A model generated the notes under the pieces. The model saw nothing but the letters and a program-made list of their open reading frames with translations, ran no database searches and was not told the origin of the DNA. A stretch of DNA of 64,000 bases from an uncultured delta proteobacterium. GTDB taxonomy: Bacteria > Desulfobacterota > Binatia > UBA9968. Where the stretch lies: positions 224,001 to 288,000 of the forward strand of contig CAVUVW010000027.1 in NCBI GenBank assembly GCA_963745035.1. The letters are read 5' to 3'. Position 1 is the stretch's first letter, and each line of letters starts with the position of its first letter. Positions 58,781 to 64,000 of this stretch are shown here, piece by piece. Position numbers and translations under genes: made by a program.

Positions 58781-60077
58781 TCACGCGGCGAAGAATCCGT
58801 TCATGATCGCGTCGCGCCAGAGTTTCGCCACCGGCGGGACGATGCCTTGCGGCAGTTTGTCATCGGTCCAACTCCAGGAGTGGACCCCGGCGCCGAGGGA
58901 AATCGCGCGGACTGTGGGGACCGGGTCGAGCTGGGCAAACAGCGGCAGGGAACGGTGGCATCGCTGTAGGGTAACGGTATCGTCATTGATGCCGTGAATC
59001 GAGAGAAAATTCGGCACCGGCTTGACGCCGGGCCCGGTCATCTCGCGAGTGTAGCCCAAATATTCTTGCACCAGTGCGTCGCTGTCTCGATGGGATAGCT
59101 TTAAGCGTTCGGCCGAGACTCTTGCGGCGGCTTCCAAGGCCTTGGTGGAATTTTTGTGAATGAAATCTTCCGCCTTGAAATTGGGGCGCTTCTTGGCGCT
59201 CTCCCAGCGCTCGAAGGTCAGCTCGATCAGCATCGGCAGTCCGATGCCTTTGTCTTTCATGCCCTCGTACATGTAACGGGCGGTGTCGCGCCAGGTGCGC
59301 AGGCGCAGTTGATGGAACGGAAACTCCCAGTCGTCGCCGCTCACCAGCGGATACATCCGGCCGAAAGGCGAGCTGCCGTAGCCGAGTAGACCGGCGATAT
59401 TAGCCACGCGCTGGGATGCCATCATCGCAAACGGCCCGCCGGTGGAATGGCCGTGCATATAAATCGAGAACTCGTTTTCGGGAAATTGCCGCCGGGCGGT
59501 TTCTTTGACCGCCGCTTCGAAAGCGGCGGGCCACGCGGCCATGCGGTAGAAGAATTCCGTGTCTTCCCTTCGCCGAAAGCGAAACCAAGGTCCCGTACTC
59601 CTCGCGCTTCGATGTGTCCTGGACGATCGTGTACTGATCCTTGGTGATGCGCGTCTCTTTGCTCCAGAGCGGCGTGCGCGCGGTGCCGTCGTCGTATTCC
59701 ACATCGCCGGGCCAGTCCCGGCTCGCATCCAGAAAGTAAAAGCGTCCGGGAAAGGTCATGGTGGCGACTTTGACGGCGAACTTCGACGCCAAAGTTTTGG
59801 CGATGCGCTCGACGGACTTGAAGTCGGACACGCCGCCGTGCAGCAGAAACACGCCGACTTTCTTGTCATCCGGGCCGACGGGTATTTTGTTTTTGTCTTG
59901 CGGCTCATAAATCACTGCGCCGATATCCCATTCCATTGCCAAGACTTGGATGCGGAAAATATCTTCCGTGATGACGATCGGTTGATCCGGCAAAGCGAGG
60001 ACCTGCTCGTTCAGCTCCAAAACTTCCGGCAGCGCAACGGCCGCGGGCGGCTCCCATGTGGATCGATTGGCTATCAC
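58781..60077 (-). CDS. Uncharacterised alpha/beta-hydrolase-fold protein (frameshift near 59570)
   Basis: AAGGAG RBS + GTG 60077; LLHGG, GHSTGG, HGINDD, GVHS. Confidence 0.72.
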
Positions 60078-60105
60078 GACTTCTCCTTTCGTGGCGCTCT
60101 TTCGC

Positions 60106-62025
60106 TCAGCGCCGCTCCGCCAGCGATTCAAACAGCGCGCGGCCGGTGGCATGTTTGGGTTTGGGGACGTTGAGCAGCCCCGCGAGGGTAGGCGCAAAGT
60201 CGATGATGCGCACGTCGCTGAGCTTCTGCCCGGCGCGGATGCCCGGACCGTTGAAAACCATCAACGTTCGCATGGCGGCTTGCTCCGGGTCGGCGCCGTG
60301 ATTGCCGTAGGGCGGAGCCTCGCTGATGAGCGCGCCGGGCGCGATGCGCGGATCGAAGTCGTAGCCGGGCGTGAGCTCGATGTAAACATCGCCGCCCACC
60401 GCGCCGCCGACGCCCAACGCTTCTCCCTCCGCTGCGGCATCGTAAACCGAGCGGACCACCGGGCGCTCGCCATCGCGGAGCGCCAGAAAAATTTCCCGGA
60501 TGCGGCGGACGATCTCGGCGCGCTGCTCGTCCTCGACGATGCCGCCTTTTCGGTCCTTCGAGTTGATCAGCAGGTAGCCGTTGTTGACCGACGGATAGAG
60601 CACCTTGGTTTTTGCCAGGTCCACTCGCCCCTGGCCGTCGAGGACCAACAGGCCTTCTTGCTGCAAGATCTGATTGAGCGCCACCCGTTTGTGGATGCCC
60701 TGGAGCCCATGATCGGAAATTAACGCGAACAGCGCATCCGCCGGGCGCTTGCCGAGCAGCAAGCCCAAGTGCTCGTCCGCGCTTTGATAGACGCGCTCCA
60801 GCAACGGCCGGAAGCGTTCGGCAAGCTCCGGCTGGTAACTAGGAAGACTTGTGTCGAGGTACCCGCGCCAGAGATGCTCGGCTTCATCAGGAAAAGGCGT
60901 GTAGGCGAGGTAGAGATCCCAGGGCAGATTTTCCATCGCCCAGCGGTTGGTTTCCATCAGTTGATGCTGCGCGAAAAGAAGCGTGTCGAGGTAGCGCGCC
61001 TCGGCGCCGCCGCCGCCGCCGTTCGGAATGGTCCGGCCCAGTGCGCCCTGTTGGTAGAGAAGACTCGCGCCGTTGCCGACGAAAGTGCGCACCGTGGGGC
61101 TCGGGACGGCGTCGCCGGGGAGATCGATGGGCAGGTCACGCATCGGCCGGGTGTAGTAAAGAAAAAAATCGCTGCCGTCGGGCTTGAGATCGAAGAGACG
61201 GAAGTAGGCCCTGACCGTTTGATTGCCGACCGTCTTGACCGCAAGCGGCTCGCTCCAGAAAAATTCGCCGCCGGGCCCGGCCGGCAGTGGCTTTGAGCCG
61301 CGCTTTGATCTGGTCGCCGTCGCGTGCGGTCGGCGAGGAACAAGCGTGTCGTAGCCGAGTTGGGCGATCAGCGGGATCGTCGATCAAGCAGGCCGAAGAT
61401 CGGCGATTCGCCGACCGTAAAATGCGATCTCGATCGGCAGGGCATCGCTCGACGGCGCGTTCCGCCAGGGTTCGTCGGCGCTGGTTTGCGAAGAGATTTT
61501 GACGACGATGCCGTCGCGGCCGGCGATCAGAGTATAACCCGAGAAGCGCACAGTTTCTTCGGCGAGCTCGCCGGCAAAGGTCGGAACATGCGCAACGACA
61601 GACTTTTTGCCCGCCCGGCGCGCGGCGGCCCAGATCGTTTCCGCGCTCAGCGGCGCGGAGGAAAACCCGGCAAGGCTTTCGAGAATCGTGAATTGCTCGC
61701 GCGGCGCGCGCGGCACCCGATTGCCGCTGATGCCGCTTACGCGTGGCGGCGCGCCGGTGATTAGCGCGGCAAATCCGGGCGCGGTCTTTGAGGGAAAAAC
61801 CGCTTTAACGTCATCGGCGTAGGCGCCACCTTCGATCAGCTTTGCCAGGTTGGGAAGCTTTCCCTGGCGCGCCATCTCAAGCGCGAAGGCCGGCACCGTG
61901 CCGTCCCATCCGAGCACGATGGCTCGGGTCGGAGACTGGGCGCTGGCGCTGGACGGAACGAACGAAAAAACCAGCGCAAGAACGACGATGAGTGGGCCGG
62001 TTGCGCTTCGAAGGCGTTGGATCAT
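60106..62025 (-). CDS. Exported alkaline phosphatase superfamily / nucleotide pyrophosphatase-phosphodiesterase (several frameshifts)
   Basis: VLGWDG, FPSKT, PDEAEH, SDHG, GNHG, DFAPTL. Confidence 0.82.
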
Positions 62026-62235
62026 GTAGCGCGGGTGCGATTTTCCGTAGATTTGGCGGTCAATTCGAGCGCAATAACGTGGCCGGTGCGAAAACTTGCT
62101 TTTTCACGATTGGAGAGTAGCCGATGAAGAATCGGAGTGTCAACGCAGAGAAGGTTAAACTTCGCGATTCGACACAGCCGCGCGGATCGGATATGAGCGT
62201 AGCGGTTGTCTCGATACTTTGCCGGAGAACGAGAA

Positions 62236-63069
62236 ATGATGGGATTTGGCAAATGGCTCGCCATTGGCGGACTTGTGATCGCGGCGCTCGCGGCGCCGCC
62301 AAGCTCGATCGCCCAGCAGACCGGATCGGGGTCGGCTGACGAGCTGCTCAAGTCGATCGGCCTCGTCAAACCGGCAATGACCAGCGCGCCGGACTTCAAT
62401 CTGCTCGACGTCAACGGCAGTCCGGTGGGCTTGAGCGGTTATCGCGGCAAAATGGTGCTCCTCAACTTTTGGGCAACCTGGTGCGGACCTTGCCGGGAGG
62501 AGATGCCGTCGATGGAGCAGCTCAGCCGCAATTTCGGCGGGCAGGGGCTCGCGGTCGTCGCGATCAACCAGCGGGAAAATGCCGCGCTCGTCAACAAGTT
62601 CATGAGAACCCATGGGCTGAATTTCACGACGCCTTTGGACACCACCGGCCGCGTCGCCGGCTACTATCGCGTGTACGGCATTCCCGTGAGTTATTTGATC
62701 GACGCCAACGGCCAAGCGATCGGAATGAAGTCCGGGTCGATGGACTGGGCTGCACCCGCGGTCATGCGCGTGTTCCGCAGATTAGTCGGCACGGGCAGCG
62801 ACGCCGGCGCCGCTGCCGGCGGATCGATGAATTTGGAACCGGCGAAGCCGCTGCCGGGCGCGCTCCGCGCCAAAACCAACGGCGTGGTGATCCGCGGCCA
62901 GCAGGACACGCTGGCGGAAGCGCTCGGCAAGGTCGGTCGCGGCGAGGAGCTGATACCGCTCGGCAAAGTCTCCGGCGCCGGCGAGTTTTGGTACATGGTG
63001 AAAACCAAAAGCGGGACGGTGGGTTGGGTGAAGGGCGGAGATGTGGAGGAGGCGAGCACCCGAAAGTGA
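62236..63069 (+). CDS. TlpA-like thiol-disulfide reductase fused to C-terminal SH3b domain
   Basis: APDFNL, LNFWATWCGPCREEMP, GIP; WYMVKTKSGTVGWV. Confidence 0.85.
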   Translation: MMGFGKWLAIGGLVIAALAAPPSSIAQQTGSGSADELLKSIGLVKPAMTSAPDFNLLDVNGSPVGLSGYRGKMVLLNFWATWCGPCREEMPSMEQLSRNFGGQGLAVVAINQRENAALVNKFMRTHGLNFTTPLDTTGRVAGYYRVYGIPVSYLIDANGQAIGMKSGSMDWAAPAVMRVFRRLVGTGSDAGAAAGGSMNLEPAKPLPGALRAKTNGVVIRGQQDTLAEALGKVGRGEELIPLGKVSGAGEFWYMVKTKSGTVGWVKGGDVEEASTRK

Positions 63070-63213
63070 TCGCGGGCGGCTCGAGTACGCGCCCACGTTT
63101 CACGAATGCTATCCTGAGCGGAACGCGAAGGATCTGCTTTTGTCCGCGTAGCGCTTCAAGGCCAATTTCACTAAAATTTGCCCTGCCGGCGTTGCGCCGG
63201 CAGGAGAACCCCA

Positions 63214-64000
63214 ATGCCCAAGAAGATCCCGATCAAGCTCGAAAAGCACGGCCACGTGCGTGTCGATGACTACTATTGGCTGCGCGAGCGGGAAAATCCT
63301 GAAGTCATCCGCTACTTGGACGAGGAAAATGAGCGCGCAGCAAGGGAAATGGCGCATACGGGGGATTTCGAAGAAAGACTGTTCGAGGAGATCAAAGGCC
63401 GGTTCAAGCAAACCGATATGTCGGTGCCGTACCGGCGCGACGATTATTATTACTACACGCGCTACGAGCACGGGAAAAGAATATCCGATCTATGCGCGCA
63501 AGCGCGGCTCGTTGGATCGGACCGAAGAGATCATGCTCGATGCCAACGCGCTGGCGGAAGGTCATGAGTTTTTCTCCATCGGCGGCTGGGCGGTGAGCGC
63601 GGGGCAGGATATTCTCGCTTACGCCGTCGACACGCAAGGGCGGCGCATCCATACGGCGTATCTCAAAAACCTCGTTACCGGCGAAGTGCTTCCGGATGTG
63701 CTTTCCAACGTCACGGAAAATCTCGTCTGGGCAAACGACAACAAGACGTTATTCTACGCCAAACAGGACCAAACGACCTTGCGCCAGTATCAAATCTACC
63801 GCCATGTGCTCGGCGCCGATCCGGCGGAGGATCAGCTGGTCTTTCAGGAAGACGACGAGACTTTCGTCGCGTACGTTTTCAAAACCAAATCGAAGAGATT
63901 TTTGATGATCGTTGCGGCGCAGACCAACAGCCAGGAGTATCGTTATCTTGACGCCGACCAACCGTTCGGCGAGTTTCGGGTGTTCCTGGCGCGGCGGCGC
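63214..64000 (+). CDS. ptrB: Oligopeptidase B (S9A), 5' part, frameshift near 63478, truncated by the window
   Basis: HGHVRVDDYYWLR, YLDEEN, LFEEIKGR, SVPY; continues as EIMLDANAL, LAYAVDTQGRR, WANDN. Confidence 0.88.

Overview
GC-rich bacterial chromosomal window (gene content and repeat families resemble Candidatus Binatia/UBA9968-type organisms; inference only) dominated by accessory catabolism. It holds about 50 CDSs. (i) A VOC-Rieske fusion / VOC / double-VOC / non-canonical M24 operon converging on an amidohydrolase-fold gene. (ii) Threonine dehydratase and an opgC + 2x SGNH cassette. (iii) A complete IS1595-family element (25-bp TIRs, 8-bp TSD) inserted in the gluconokinase stop codon. 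(iv) Tandem MetE-II-like genes and a Rid/SBP duplication with a triple-Rid fusion. (v) An aromatic-degradation island: Rieske oxygenase, divergent LigAB, PhtD-like decarboxylase, gfa, amidohydrolase and signal-less PBP-fold paralogs. (vi) An OmpR-type two-component system next to LPS-modifying GT9 and ArnT-like genes. (vii) A 12-kb LysR-linked catabolic operon (LLM, beta-propeller, Ltp2-like thiolase + DUF35, ADP-forming CoA ligase, enolase, PhtC-like class II aldolase). (viii) Tat-AKR + NTT-like MFS, GcvR-like, alpha/beta hydrolase, NPP-type phosphodiesterase, TlpA-SH3 and ptrB. About ten exported solute-binding proteins occur with no ABC permease or ATPase. Roughly 14 genes carry single-indel frameshifts, most likely long-read consensus errors. 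Several short intergenic repeat families are present. No rRNA, tRNA or CRISPR was seen.
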